Below, piece after piece: positions 45,759 to 55,062 of a stretch of 64,000 nt of DNA (position 1 is its first letter; the number at the start of each line of letters is the position of its first letter). Origin of the DNA: Spirochaetales bacterium Spiro_05 (lineage in GTDB: Bacteria; Spirochaetota; Spirochaetia; Sphaerochaetales; Sphaerochaetaceae); assembly GCA_001603115.1 (NCBI GenBank), contig LVBG01000027.1, positions 26,638-90,637 of the forward strand, read 5' to 3'. Both the position numbers and the translations under genes were made by a program. A model generated the notes under the pieces. It had not been told where the DNA came from. It ran no database searches and was given only the letters and a program-made list of their open reading frames with translations.

Positions 45759-46936
45759 AGCTTTGCCTCCAACAGCCGGTACAACTCCTCTTCCTGCATG
45801 GGAGGAGTCTGGTTGTGCAATTTGGGATCTTCCATGGCACGTCGGAACAGGCTGCGTATCTGATTGCTGTCCAGATTGAGCGAGAGTTCGGAGAAGGTCC
45901 TGGGTATGTGGAGTTTTGACAGCAGGTCGTTGATGTCCTCTGCCAGTCGCTCTACCAGAGCCTCCTCATCCTCCAGATCGGGGTGTAGGCACCGTGAGAG
46001 CGCAGCAAGCTCGGCTCTGTTGCCCCTGTCCTGAACAGCCCAAGCAAAGACCTCACCCAAGGTGAAGGCACAGCTCAGGCCGTGGGGGATATGCCACTCT
46101 TCGCTGAGTACAAAGGAGATGGCATGCCCGCTCGCCGTCCCGGTGAGGTTGAAGGCAATGCCTGCCTCACAAGAGGCTTCAAGCATCTGTCTCTGCAGCA
46201 CGGTACGTTCAGGTGCATCCGTTTCGATCGCATCATAGAGTCTGGGGAGCGTGGTGAGCACCTTCAGAGCCGCTCGTCTTGCAAGCTGGCGGGTGAGAGG
46301 AGTGCTGTTCTTGTTCCAGATTGACTCCAAGGCGTGGTCGAGGGCATCCAAGCCGGTCGCGGCGCAGAGCGAAGCGGGAACCCCGTGAAGCAGGTTCGCC
46401 GCCAACACAGCGGTATGGGCATGCATCAAGGGAGAACCCAGGGTATACTTGCGACCGCTTTCGGCTGTATAGACACCGACTTTGGTAACCTCTAAACCTG
46501 TTCCTGCTGTCGTGGGAATGAGCACCAAGGGCAGTGACCTGCTTTGGACACTTCTTGTCGCATTCAGTCCCAGATACTGGTCGAGCTCTCCGCCGTTTGA
46601 GGAGAGCATTGCCAGTGCTTTCGCCGAATCGAGTACGCTTCCGCCTCCGATGCCGAGCACCACGTCCGATCCTGCGAATCTGGAATCGGAGAACATGCGC
46701 ATGATGTCAGCGGTCCTTGGATTGGGTTGCACCTCGGAGAAGACCTGGACCTCGAACACCGATTTCAGGTGCTCGACCAATACATCTTTCTCCTTGATCG
46801 GAGCATTGTCCAGGATGACAGATACTTTCAGTCGGCCTGCCTTCATGGCGGTGTACCGTAGGATGTCTGCCAACATCTCACCGGCAAGCTCGGTTGAGGA
46901 GACGATGTGCACTGGACTGGCGATGCTTGCTATCAT
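45755..46936 (-). CDS. Fe-dependent alcohol dehydrogenase (likely sulfoacetaldehyde reductase, SqwF-like)
   Basis: GGGSVLD, PTTAGTG; metal ligands DALDH, GHAIS, IPHG; gene context. Confidence 0.8.
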   Translation of the reverse strand: MIASIASPVHIVSSTELAGEMLADILRYTAMKAGRLKVSVILDNAPIKEKDVLVEHLKSVFEVQVFSEVQPNPRTADIMRMFSDSRFAGSDVVLGIGGGSVLDSAKALAMLSSNGGELDQYLGLNATRSVQSRSLPLVLIPTTAGTGLEVTKVGVYTAESGRKYTLGSPLMHAHTAVLAANLLHGVPASLCAATGLDALDHALESIWNKNSTPLTRQLARRAALKVLTTLPRLYDAIETDAPERTVLQRQMLEASCEAGIAFNLTGTASGHAISFVLSEEWHIPHGLSCAFTLGEVFAWAVQDRGNRAELAALSRCLHPDLEDEEALVERLAEDINDLLSKLHIPRTFSELSLNLDSNQIRSLFRRAMEDPKLHNQTPPMQEEELYRLLEAKL

Positions 46937-47409
46937 CGAAACTGCTCCTCTTCCAGGACCTGTACCTGATTGAAGGCGTTGGTCAGGAACTCCTTCTTGA
47001 ACTCCATCTTTTCGGTGAAGGAGACTGAAAGCCAGGCATCAACAATCTGCTTGCCTACAAACGGAGCGGTGATCCAGCCGCCGAGGGTGATGACATTGGC
47101 GTTGTTGACAATCTTTGAGCGCTCTGCACTGAAGATGTCATCGACTACGCAAGCATAGATCCCCTTGTGCTTGTTGGCCACGATGGCCATCCCTTGTCCT
47201 GTCCCGCAGATGAGGATGCCTTTCTCCGCGTTCCCTTCCTGGATGGCTTTTGCCACCTTGGGGGCTTGGATGAAGTAGGGTTGGGGAGCATCTTCCCGTT
47301 CGATGCCAAAATCCAGAAGGGTGAACCCCTTCTCTTTCAGATGTGCTGCAATCTCTTGCTTGAGCGGAAAACCGGAAAGGTCGCTGGCAATTGCTATGGT
47401 CATGGTCAT
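46933..47409 (-). CDS. RpiB/LacAB-family isomerase (likely sulfoerythrose isomerase, SqwI-like)
   Basis: GILICGTGQGMAIVANK, NNANV; gene context. Confidence 0.82.
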   Translation of the reverse strand: MTMTIAIASDLSGFPLKQEIAAHLKEKGFTLLDFGIEREDAPQPYFIQAPKVAKAIQEGNAEKGILICGTGQGMAIVANKHKGIYACVVDDIFSAERSKIVNNANVITLGGWITAPFVGKQIVDAWLSVSFTEKMEFKKEFLTNAFNQVQVLEEEQFR

Positions 47410-48356
47410 CTCCTTGTATTCTTGTCTGCGAGCAAGCGTTTTGCCTGCACTGCTATCTCTTGGGCATGCAGCTTGTAGTGTGCCTGCAACCAGTCCTGGG
47501 TTCCCACCTGGCCAAAGGCGTCCCGGATGCCTATCATAGCCATCGGGGTAGGATGGTTCTCTGAGAGGAAGTTTGCTACGGCAGAACCCAGTCCTCCCGC
47601 AACCTGATGGTTTTCCGCGGTGACAATGCATCCACTCTTTTTGGCATAGGTGAGGACTAGCTCCTCATCCAGCGGTTTGATGGTGTGCATGTCGATGACT
47701 GCGGCATTGACATGCTCTGCTTTGAGCAGCTCAGCTGCCTTGAGCGCTTCTCCCACCAGGATTGCTCCAGAGGCGATGATGGTGACATCAGCTCCATCAC
47801 GCAGCACCTTCCCCTTTCCCAAGGTGAATGTCTCAGTATCGTCGTAGAGGGCAGGAACAGCCTTGCGATGGAGGCGCATGTACACGCACCCCTCAAGCTG
47901 GGCTGCTGCCTTGGTCAAAGATTGCAAGCTTATCGGGTCGGAAGGTTCGATGATGGTCAGGCCGGGGATCATGCGCATAAGGGCAATATCCTCGAACGGC
48001 ATATGGGTTCCCCCGTTGAAGGCTGCGCTGATGCCCGGGTCGGTTCCCACCAGCTTCACATTCAGCTTTGCATAGTTTGCCGAGAGGAAGAACTGGTCAA
48101 ACGCCCTGCGGGAGGCAAAGCAGCCGAAGGTTGCTGCAAAGGGGATCTTTCCCCCGGCACTGAGACCTGAACTCACCCCTACCAGGTTCGCTTCTGCTAC
48201 CCCGACATCAACTGCACGATCGGGATAGGTTTCCTTGAATTTCATTGTTCCGGTGGCTCGCATGAGGTCTGCTTCCACCACCATGATCCGCTCATCCTGT
48301 CCAGCAAGCTCGAGCAGGGTATCGCAATATACTTGTCGCATCTCTTTCTGTTCCAT
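47406..48356 (-). CDS. Split transketolase, C-terminal subunit (SqwH-like)
   Basis: VGVAEANL, RRAFDQ, GTHMPFED, TIKPLD, TAENH. Confidence 0.92.
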   Translation of the reverse strand: MEQKEMRQVYCDTLLELAGQDERIMVVEADLMRATGTMKFKETYPDRAVDVGVAEANLVGVSSGLSAGGKIPFAATFGCFASRRAFDQFFLSANYAKLNVKLVGTDPGISAAFNGGTHMPFEDIALMRMIPGLTIIEPSDPISLQSLTKAAAQLEGCVYMRLHRKAVPALYDDTETFTLGKGKVLRDGADVTIIASGAILVGEALKAAELLKAEHVNAAVIDMHTIKPLDEELVLTYAKKSGCIVTAENHQVAGGLGSAVANFLSENHPTPMAMIGIRDAFGQVGTQDWLQAHYKLHAQEIAVQAKRLLADKNTRR

Positions 48357-48367
48357 GGCCTTCCCCC

Positions 48368-49189
48368 TTACCTGAGCTCTGCGATTGCCGCGTTGGCAAC
48401 CTCGAGGTTGAATTGCATATTGTGGTTGGTGACTTTCCCTTCACAGAATGAAGCGCCCTTACCCTTGATCGTGTCCAGAATAATCATGGAGGGTTTATCC
48501 GACTGTGCTTTTGCACGCTCGATGGCCTCATCCATCGCCTTGATGTCATGCCCATCGACACGCTGGGTGAACCAACCGAAGCTGTTCCACTTGGCCTCAA
48601 GGTCCCCAAGGCCCATGATCTGCTCGGTATACCCGTCGATCTGCATCTTGTTGTTGTCCGTGAATGCAATGAGGTGGTCGAGCTTGTAGTGGGAGGCGAA
48701 CATCGCAGCTTCCCAATTCTGTCCCTCCTGAGATTCACCGTCGCCGATGATGGCATAGACATAACAGGTGTTTTGGTCGACTCTCCGTGCGTAAGCAAGG
48801 CCGCAGGCAGCACTCAAGCCTTGGCCGAGAGAGCCGGTGGTCATATCGATGCCTACCGTCTTGGTCCGGTCGCAATGGCTGGGGAGGTTCGTTCCTCCTT
48901 GGTTGAGGGTTGCCAGTTCTTCCAAGGGAAAGAACCCTTTCAGGGCCAAGGTGGCATAGAGGGCAGGCCCGGCATGGCCTTTGGAGAGCACGAGCAGGTC
49001 ACGGTCATAAAGCTGTGGCTGCTTGGGGTCGTAGTGCATCTGCTTTCCATAGAGGAGAGCCAGCAGTTCGACGATCGAGAGCGCTCCCCCGATGTGGCCA
49101 ACCCCGAGATTTCCGATGGTGTACAAGGTTTGTTTACGGATTTCACGAGCGAAATCGGCAAGGTGTTTCTGATCTTCCGAGGTGATCAT
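48368..49189 (-). CDS. Split transketolase, N-terminal TPP-binding subunit (SqwG-like)
   Basis: GHIGGALS, LSKGHA, TTGSLGQG, GDGESQEGQNWEA...DNN. Confidence 0.93.
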   Translation of the reverse strand: MITSEDQKHLADFAREIRKQTLYTIGNLGVGHIGGALSIVELLALLYGKQMHYDPKQPQLYDRDLLVLSKGHAGPALYATLALKGFFPLEELATLNQGGTNLPSHCDRTKTVGIDMTTGSLGQGLSAACGLAYARRVDQNTCYVYAIIGDGESQEGQNWEAAMFASHYKLDHLIAFTDNNKMQIDGYTEQIMGLGDLEAKWNSFGWFTQRVDGHDIKAMDEAIERAKAQSDKPSMIILDTIKGKGASFCEGKVTNHNMQFNLEVANAAIAELR

Positions 49190-49208
49190 GAGGGTACCTC
49201 TCTTTTAG

Positions 49209-49253
49209 TTACTTAGTGAAAGTAAATATAAATCATTCCCCTTGGCTTGTAAA
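49209..49253 (-). promoter_or_regulatory. Transketolase operon promoter with palindromic operator
   Basis: Minus strand TTTACA-17 bp-TATATT; palindrome TTACTT-AGTGA-AAGTAA at 49209-49225. Confidence 0.7.
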
Positions 49254-49314
49254 GTCACTTCTTGTGGATTTTTTCTTCCGATGGGATTAGACTGACCCCA
49301 TATGGAGGGATGCA

Positions 49315-50478
49315 ATGCAAGGAAACCCACTCAGGGCTGCTGATTTACGGGTGCACAATCAGAATATGGTGCTCTCTCTCATCCATGCGGCAACTCCTGC
49401 AGGCATCAGCCAGTCGGAGGTGGTCCAAAAAACCGGCTTGAAAGCTCCAACCATTTTTCGCATCTTCTCCTCGCTGGAAGAAGAGGGCCTGATAGTTCCC
49501 GCCGAAGGGGAGACTGAGGAATCTGTCTCTCGAAAAGGTCGGAGACCTGTCTTCTATGTGGTCGAAAAGAGTGCCCGCTATACCATGGGAATTGAGTTCT
49601 GGACAGCCTTTCTTTCTCTGGGTGTCTTCAACTTCCAAGGGGAGCGAATCTACTCGGTGATGCATCCGCTCAATGAGGGAATCAAGGCGGAAGAGGTGAT
49701 TGATTTCATGGTAGATGAAGTCAACCGTGTGCTCTCTGAACTCTCCCTGCCCAAAGAGAAGGTAATCGGTCTAGGGGTGGCAGCTCCAGGCCAAGTCGAC
49801 CTTGAGCAGAAACGCGTGCGATACTATCCTCGGATTGAGGGCATGAAAGACATTGCCTTGGTGGATGAGCTGGAGAGCCGCTTGGACCTTCCGGTCATCA
49901 TCCACAACAACTGCAGTGCGCTTGCTCTCAGCGAATACCGGCATGGAGGGTATGAGCATGAAGGAAGCATGTTCACCTTCCTGCTCAGAACCGGGGTGAA
50001 TGGGGCTTTCGTGAACATGGACGATATCTATGTGAACAGCATGAACCAGACCATCGAGACCGGACACATTCCGATCAACAGCGATGGGCCTCGGTGCAGC
50101 TGTGGTTCCCGCGGGTGCCTGCAGGCCTACCTGCAGGATCTTGATCCCCAATCGGTAGCCCAGCGTCTTGCTCTGTTTGAGGGACTGGATACACGGTTGC
50201 AAACCGGGGATCTTGCTGCCCAACGGACCATTGAACGGGCGGCGGGGTATCTTGTCATTGCCATGAAAATCATCATGCGCCTGCTCTCGCCCAAGAGTTT
50301 CCTCTTTGTGTGTTGCTGTGACACCATTTCGGATGCCCTTTGTGATCATGTGAGGCGCCTGATCAGTGAGCCGGATGCTTTCTGCGGGGAAATCCCCCAG
50401 ATTTTCGGAACGGCCTACGATCCGCTGCTTGCCCAGCGAGGGGCGTCCGATCTGGTACTTCAGGATTACTTCAGGTGA
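49315..50478 (+). CDS. ROK-family transcriptional regulator
   Basis: N-terminal HTH; GRRP; GLGVAAPG; ETGH; CSCGSRGCL zinc motif. Confidence 0.93.
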   Translation: MQGNPLRAADLRVHNQNMVLSLIHAATPAGISQSEVVQKTGLKAPTIFRIFSSLEEEGLIVPAEGETEESVSRKGRRPVFYVVEKSARYTMGIEFWTAFLSLGVFNFQGERIYSVMHPLNEGIKAEEVIDFMVDEVNRVLSELSLPKEKVIGLGVAAPGQVDLEQKRVRYYPRIEGMKDIALVDELESRLDLPVIIHNNCSALALSEYRHGGYEHEGSMFTFLLRTGVNGAFVNMDDIYVNSMNQTIETGHIPINSDGPRCSCGSRGCLQAYLQDLDPQSVAQRLALFEGLDTRLQTGDLAAQRTIERAAGYLVIAMKIIMRLLSPKSFLFVCCCDTISDALCDHVRRLISEPDAFCGEIPQIFGTAYDPLLAQRGASDLVLQDYFR

Positions 50479-50494
50479 TTTAAAAAACTTTTGG

Positions 50495-50539
50495 TTGACG
50501 AATCTTCTATTCCGTTATTTACTTACTTATGGAAAGTAA
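50495..50539 (+). promoter_or_regulatory. Isomerase/ABC/SQase operon promoter with palindromic operator
   Basis: TTGACG-17 bp-TTTACT; palindrome TTACTT-ATGGA-AAGTAA at 50523-50539. Confidence 0.7.
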
Positions 50540-50592
50540 CTATAGAGAATGTATTGTACATCTCCCCCTTTCCCTTCCATAAGGAGCTGCGT

Positions 50593-51909
50593 GTGAAACA
50601 GAAGGTGACCATCGGGGTTGTCTGCCTTGCCAGGACAACCTATGACTATCTTGAGGCCCGCAATCTGTATACGGCCATTCGTACAAACCTGAAAACCGTT
50701 GAGGACGTGCAGTGGGAGTTCCTCGAAGAACTGGTCATCACCCAGGAAGAGGGTAGTTCTGCTGCCCAGTCGCTAGCGACCAAGCACATAGATGGGCTTG
50801 TCTGTATCTCCGGCACCTTCCATCTTGGGCACTTGGTGCTGCAGCTCAAACGGGAGCTTCCGGTACCCATTCTCCTGTGGGGACTTCCGGAGCTTCCCTA
50901 CAACGGGGGAAAGATCAGGCTCAACTCGGTGTGCGGGGTGAATCTCAACGCTTCCAATCTCTACAAGAGCGGCTATGACGATTACTCGGTAATCGTACAG
51001 GATGCGATTGATGAGGATTGGATTGATGCCATCCGAGTCATCAAGGCGATGAAGAGTGCAAAGATCGGCATCATCGGATATCGGGCTGATGGCTTTTTCA
51101 ATGTGGGTGTGCAGGACAACCTGCTCTTCGGACAGACCGGGGCCTTGGTCGACCATTATGAGCTCAGTGAGGTCCACTCCTATGCAGTCGCTGAGGAAGC
51201 GGTTGCCGAACGCAGGAAGCAACTGATTTCCACCTTTGATGTCTCCACCCTCAGTGAGTACCAGCTGGACAAGGTTTCCCAGCTCTCTGCGAAGCTGGAT
51301 GGGTTTTACAAGGAGAAGGGCCTGAGTGCCCTCGCCATCCGCTGCTGGCCTGAGTTTGCCCGTGATTTCGGGGTATCTCCCTGTGCAGCGATGTCCTTGT
51401 TGCAGTCTGAAGGGCTGATTCTTGCCTGTGAAGGGGACATCGATGGAGCGCTCTCCATGATCGCCCACAAGGCGCTTGGGGCTGAGACTCCCTTCCTCTT
51501 CGACTTCTCCCAGGTGGATTTCAAACAAGATTTCGCCTTGTTCTGGCATTGTGGGGTAGCTCCCTGCAACCTCTGGGATGGTACGTGCAACCGAAGCCTG
51601 GACACCTACTTTGCCGGCGGAAAGGGCGTGACCGCCGATTTTGTGCTCAAGAGCGGAGAGCTTTCGGTGCTGCGCATCGATTCGGCGAGGGGCGGATATC
51701 GCATGTTCCTGCAACGGGGAAAAGCGGTTCCCATGGAAAAGCTGCTCAAAGGCACCTACATGAAGGTGTTGTTCGAACGGCCGGTAAAAGAGATTCTGGA
51801 CCTGGTGCTGGACAATGGGCTTGCCCATCACTCTTCAGTGGTGTACGGCTCGTACATCAGGCCCCTTGAGTTGGTGGCCAAGCTGAAGGGCTGGAAAGTC
51901 ATTGAGTAG
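50593..51909 (+). CDS. L-fucose/L-arabinose isomerase superfamily protein (likely sulfoquinovose isomerase, SqvD-like)
   Basis: RLNSVCG, AIRCWPEF, ACEGDIDGA, FWHCG, GLAHH; AAGGAG RBS before GTG. Confidence 0.82.
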   Translation: MKQKVTIGVVCLARTTYDYLEARNLYTAIRTNLKTVEDVQWEFLEELVITQEEGSSAAQSLATKHIDGLVCISGTFHLGHLVLQLKRELPVPILLWGLPELPYNGGKIRLNSVCGVNLNASNLYKSGYDDYSVIVQDAIDEDWIDAIRVIKAMKSAKIGIIGYRADGFFNVGVQDNLLFGQTGALVDHYELSEVHSYAVAEEAVAERRKQLISTFDVSTLSEYQLDKVSQLSAKLDGFYKEKGLSALAIRCWPEFARDFGVSPCAAMSLLQSEGLILACEGDIDGALSMIAHKALGAETPFLFDFSQVDFKQDFALFWHCGVAPCNLWDGTCNRSLDTYFAGGKGVTADFVLKSGELSVLRIDSARGGYRMFLQRGKAVPMEKLLKGTYMKVLFERPVKEILDLVLDNGLAHHSSVVYGSYIRPLELVAKLKGWKVIE

Positions 51910-51987
51910 CACGTATGGGGATACGTGCAATTTGACATACAAAGTATTTTGCGTTTTGAGCAAAACTACGATACAAAGGAGATTGCC

Positions 51988-53253
51988 ATGATGAAAAAAA
52001 CGAAACTTCTTGCAGTGCTGCTGATGCTCTGCCTGATGACGGGACTTGGTGCACAAGGCCAAGTGGACAGTGGAGTGCAGAAAGAGGTAGAACTGCGCTG
52101 GGCGAGCATCTGGGTCGGAAACGACAGCAAGGCTCCGGCAGTTGAAGCCTTGGTGAATGAGTACAATGCCAAGAATGCCGGGAAGATCAAGGTGGTCATC
52201 GAACCACAGCCCGACTACAATGCCTATGAGCAGAAAGTCCGCACAAGCCTTGCCGCCGGGCAGGCTCCTGCTGATATCTTCACCATCAAATTCAACCCAA
52301 CCACTGCGACTTTCTACCAGTCCAATCTTCTCATGGATTTCTCAAAAGTGATGAGCAACAGCTGGAAGCAGACTTTTGATGCAGGATCACTGGAGCAATC
52401 CACCGTTGATGGTATGCTCAAGTCCCTTCCCATGGAGACAGCAATCCTTCCGATCTGGTACAACATGGATGCGTTTGCTCAGGCAGGTGTCAAGGCACTT
52501 CCGACTACCATGAATGAGATGTGGGCCGCTTTCGACAAGCTCAAGGCTGCCGGCATTACTCCTGCAAGCCAGATGACCGGTGATACGAATGCTTGGACGA
52601 GCATGATCTGGTTCAGTCATTTTGCAGTCTCTCTTGGTGGAACCAATGTGTGGGACAAGCCCTTTACCGACCCGGCATTTGTGGAAGCTGCGAAGCTTAC
52701 CAAGCGTATGATCACCGAGTACTCAACCAGTGATGCAGTTGGTTTGGGCGCAGGTGGAAGCGGCGGTCACTTCCTTGCTGGACGCACAGCAGTGTTCTCC
52801 AACGGACCTTGGTATGCAGGTCGTGCCGACCTTGCAGCCACCCCGTTCTTCAACTCCATCAAGATTGCCGGACTTCCTGCTGCCGGAAGCACAAAGGATT
52901 TCATGATCAGTCGCCTGCAGGCCAACATCTGTGCTGCGTCGACCAAAGATAAGGCAAAAGAAGCTGCCATCCTCGATTTCATGCAGTATCTGACCAGCCC
53001 TGCCTCCATTGCAAGGATTGCTGAGACCAGTGGTGCCATGTTCGCCATCAAGACGGACTACCGTCCGGTCAAGGCTCTGCAGAAACAGTTCTATGATGTA
53101 GCCTCTGCAGCAAAGACCACTGCATTCGACCTCGAAGCAGCCCTTGGTGCTGAAGTGACTCTGGAATTTGCCCAGCAACTGGGAGCTCTCGCTCTTGGCC
53201 GCATCAGCGCAGAAGAGTTCTGTGCCCTGGTCGACCGAAAGATTGAACGCTAA
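51988..53253 (+). CDS. Sugar ABC transporter substrate-binding protein (likely SQ / SQ-glycerol)
   Basis: Signal peptide ending LGA-QGQ; APADIF, IWYN, NGPW CUT1-type motifs. Confidence 0.9.
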   Translation: MMKKTKLLAVLLMLCLMTGLGAQGQVDSGVQKEVELRWASIWVGNDSKAPAVEALVNEYNAKNAGKIKVVIEPQPDYNAYEQKVRTSLAAGQAPADIFTIKFNPTTATFYQSNLLMDFSKVMSNSWKQTFDAGSLEQSTVDGMLKSLPMETAILPIWYNMDAFAQAGVKALPTTMNEMWAAFDKLKAAGITPASQMTGDTNAWTSMIWFSHFAVSLGGTNVWDKPFTDPAFVEAAKLTKRMITEYSTSDAVGLGAGGSGGHFLAGRTAVFSNGPWYAGRADLAATPFFNSIKIAGLPAAGSTKDFMISRLQANICAASTKDKAKEAAILDFMQYLTSPASIARIAETSGAMFAIKTDYRPVKALQKQFYDVASAAKTTAFDLEAALGAEVTLEFAQQLGALALGRISAEEFCALVDRKIER

Positions 53254-53265
53254 CAGTGTATTCTG

Positions 53266-53289
53266 TGCTGCCGTCGAGTGACGGCAGCA
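53266..53289 (+). other. Intercistronic stem-loop after the SBP gene (mRNA stabiliser or attenuator)
   Basis: TGCTGCCGTC-GAGT-GACGGCAGCA, perfect 10-bp stem. Confidence 0.65.
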
Positions 53290-53316
53290 TCTCATTATTG
53301 TTTTCAGGAGTATGGT

Positions 53317-54210
53317 ATGCAAGCTGTTGGAACACATCGAAGTCGGATCTGGGGGGCGAGGGCCTTATTCCTCTCTCCGGTCTTGCTCTTGTTCTTCTTT
53401 TTCTTTCTCTATCCCTTCGTCTTTACGATTGCGACCAGCTTTACCAGTTGGAGAGGCATCGGATTGATGAAGTTCAACGGCGTCGCAAACTATCAGAAAC
53501 TGCTGGGTGACCCCACCTTCCGTAAGGCGTTGGGAAACAATGTCATCTGGGCGCTCTCCCAAGGGTTCATCCAGGTTCCCCTCGCTTGCCTGGTAGCTAT
53601 GATCCTGGTACGCAAGCCCAAGGGGTGGAGAATGCTCAGGACCGTCTACTACCTGCCCAATGTCATCTCCACAGTAGCATTGGCAATGGTCTGGGTGGCC
53701 ATCTACAATGTGGAAGGACCTTTGAATGCAATCCTCTCCTCCCTATTCGGGATGGAGAAGCGAAACTGGTTGGGAAATCCAGATACAGCACTCTTTGCAG
53801 TCATCTTCCAGACAGTCATCTACATCGGCTATTTTATGATCATCCTCCTTGCCTCGGCAATGAACATCCCCCGCTCACTCTATGAAGCTGCCCAGATTGA
53901 TGGGGCCAGTACCTTCCAGCAGGAACGGCATATCACCCTGCCGATGCTCCGCGGGAGCCTGATCACAACCATGACCTTGGCCATGGCCTATGGCATGCGG
54001 CACTTCGAGTCAACGTTCCTGATGACAGGAGGCGGGCCTGCCTATGCGACCACCACCATGGGCATCGATCTCTATCTGAGAATGGATGCCTTGCGCTACA
54101 GTGAGGCCAGCACGGCAGGCGTCTTCCTCATTGTGATGGGAACCCTGGTCATCACGTTGCTGCGGAAAATCTTCGGTTCCTCGGATCCGATGAGCGAAAT
54201 GGCTCAATAG
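53317..54210 (+). CDS. Carbohydrate ABC transporter permease 1
   Basis: EAA loop LYEAAQIDGA; HITLPML; TGGGP. Confidence 0.93.
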   Translation: MQAVGTHRSRIWGARALFLSPVLLLFFFFFLYPFVFTIATSFTSWRGIGLMKFNGVANYQKLLGDPTFRKALGNNVIWALSQGFIQVPLACLVAMILVRKPKGWRMLRTVYYLPNVISTVALAMVWVAIYNVEGPLNAILSSLFGMEKRNWLGNPDTALFAVIFQTVIYIGYFMIILLASAMNIPRSLYEAAQIDGASTFQQERHITLPMLRGSLITTMTLAMAYGMRHFESTFLMTGGGPAYATTTMGIDLYLRMDALRYSEASTAGVFLIVMGTLVITLLRKIFGSSDPMSEMAQ

Positions 54211-54219
54211 GAGGGGGAG

Positions 54220-55062
54220 ATGAAACAGAGAATCACGGGCGTTGGATTGGTTTTCAACAGTGTGAAATGGTTGCTTCTGCTCAGCTTGCTTGCTGTAGCC
54301 CTGCTTCCGTTGTTCTGGCTTTTGGTCAGTTCTCTCCGCACCAACCTGGAACTGCAAACAAATCCCTTCGGATGGCCCGAGAAATTGCAATGGGAAAACT
54401 ATGCCAAGGCGCTCTCCATGGCCAGCTTGCCGAGACTGCTGCTCAATTCAGTGGTGGTTGCCTCCTGTGCGGTAATCCTCAATAGCGCCGTCACTGCAAT
54501 GGGAGCCTTCATCCTTGCACGGGAACGCTTCAAAGGCCGTGATGTTCTCTATACCCTGCTCACCGCCGGTGTGCTCGTTCCGGTGATCTCGTTCATGGTC
54601 CCCTATTTCTCATTCATCACCAAGACGGGGTTGTACAACACCCTGTTCGCTCTTATCCTCGTATATACCGCGGTGAATATCCCTGTTTCCACGTTTCTGG
54701 TAACCGCTTTCATGAAATCCATACCCCGCGAACTTGAGGAAGCTTCCGTAATCGATGGGTGCGGCTTTCTCAAGCGCTTCACCGTGATCATACTCCCTCT
54801 CTCACGCAGCGGACTCGTCACCGCCGCCACCTTCTGCTTCATCTACTCCTGGAACGAGTTCCTCATGGCGATGCTGCTCACCTCCTCGATCGAGTCGAGG
54901 ACCATCCAGCTTGGCATCAAGTTCTTTTCCAGCCAGTTCATCACCGATTACAGCAGCATGTACGCAGCGGTCATCATCACCATCATACCGAGCATCATTG
55001 CCTATATCTTCCTGCACGATAAGATCATCGGCGGCCTTACTGCCGGTGGGGTGAAGGGGTGA
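54220..55062 (+). CDS. Carbohydrate ABC transporter permease 2
   Basis: IPRELEEASVIDG; SWNEF. Confidence 0.93.
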   Translation: MKQRITGVGLVFNSVKWLLLLSLLAVALLPLFWLLVSSLRTNLELQTNPFGWPEKLQWENYAKALSMASLPRLLLNSVVVASCAVILNSAVTAMGAFILARERFKGRDVLYTLLTAGVLVPVISFMVPYFSFITKTGLYNTLFALILVYTAVNIPVSTFLVTAFMKSIPRELEEASVIDGCGFLKRFTVIILPLSRSGLVTAATFCFIYSWNEFLMAMLLTSSIESRTIQLGIKFFSSQFITDYSSMYAAVIITIIPSIIAYIFLHDKIIGGLTAGGVKG

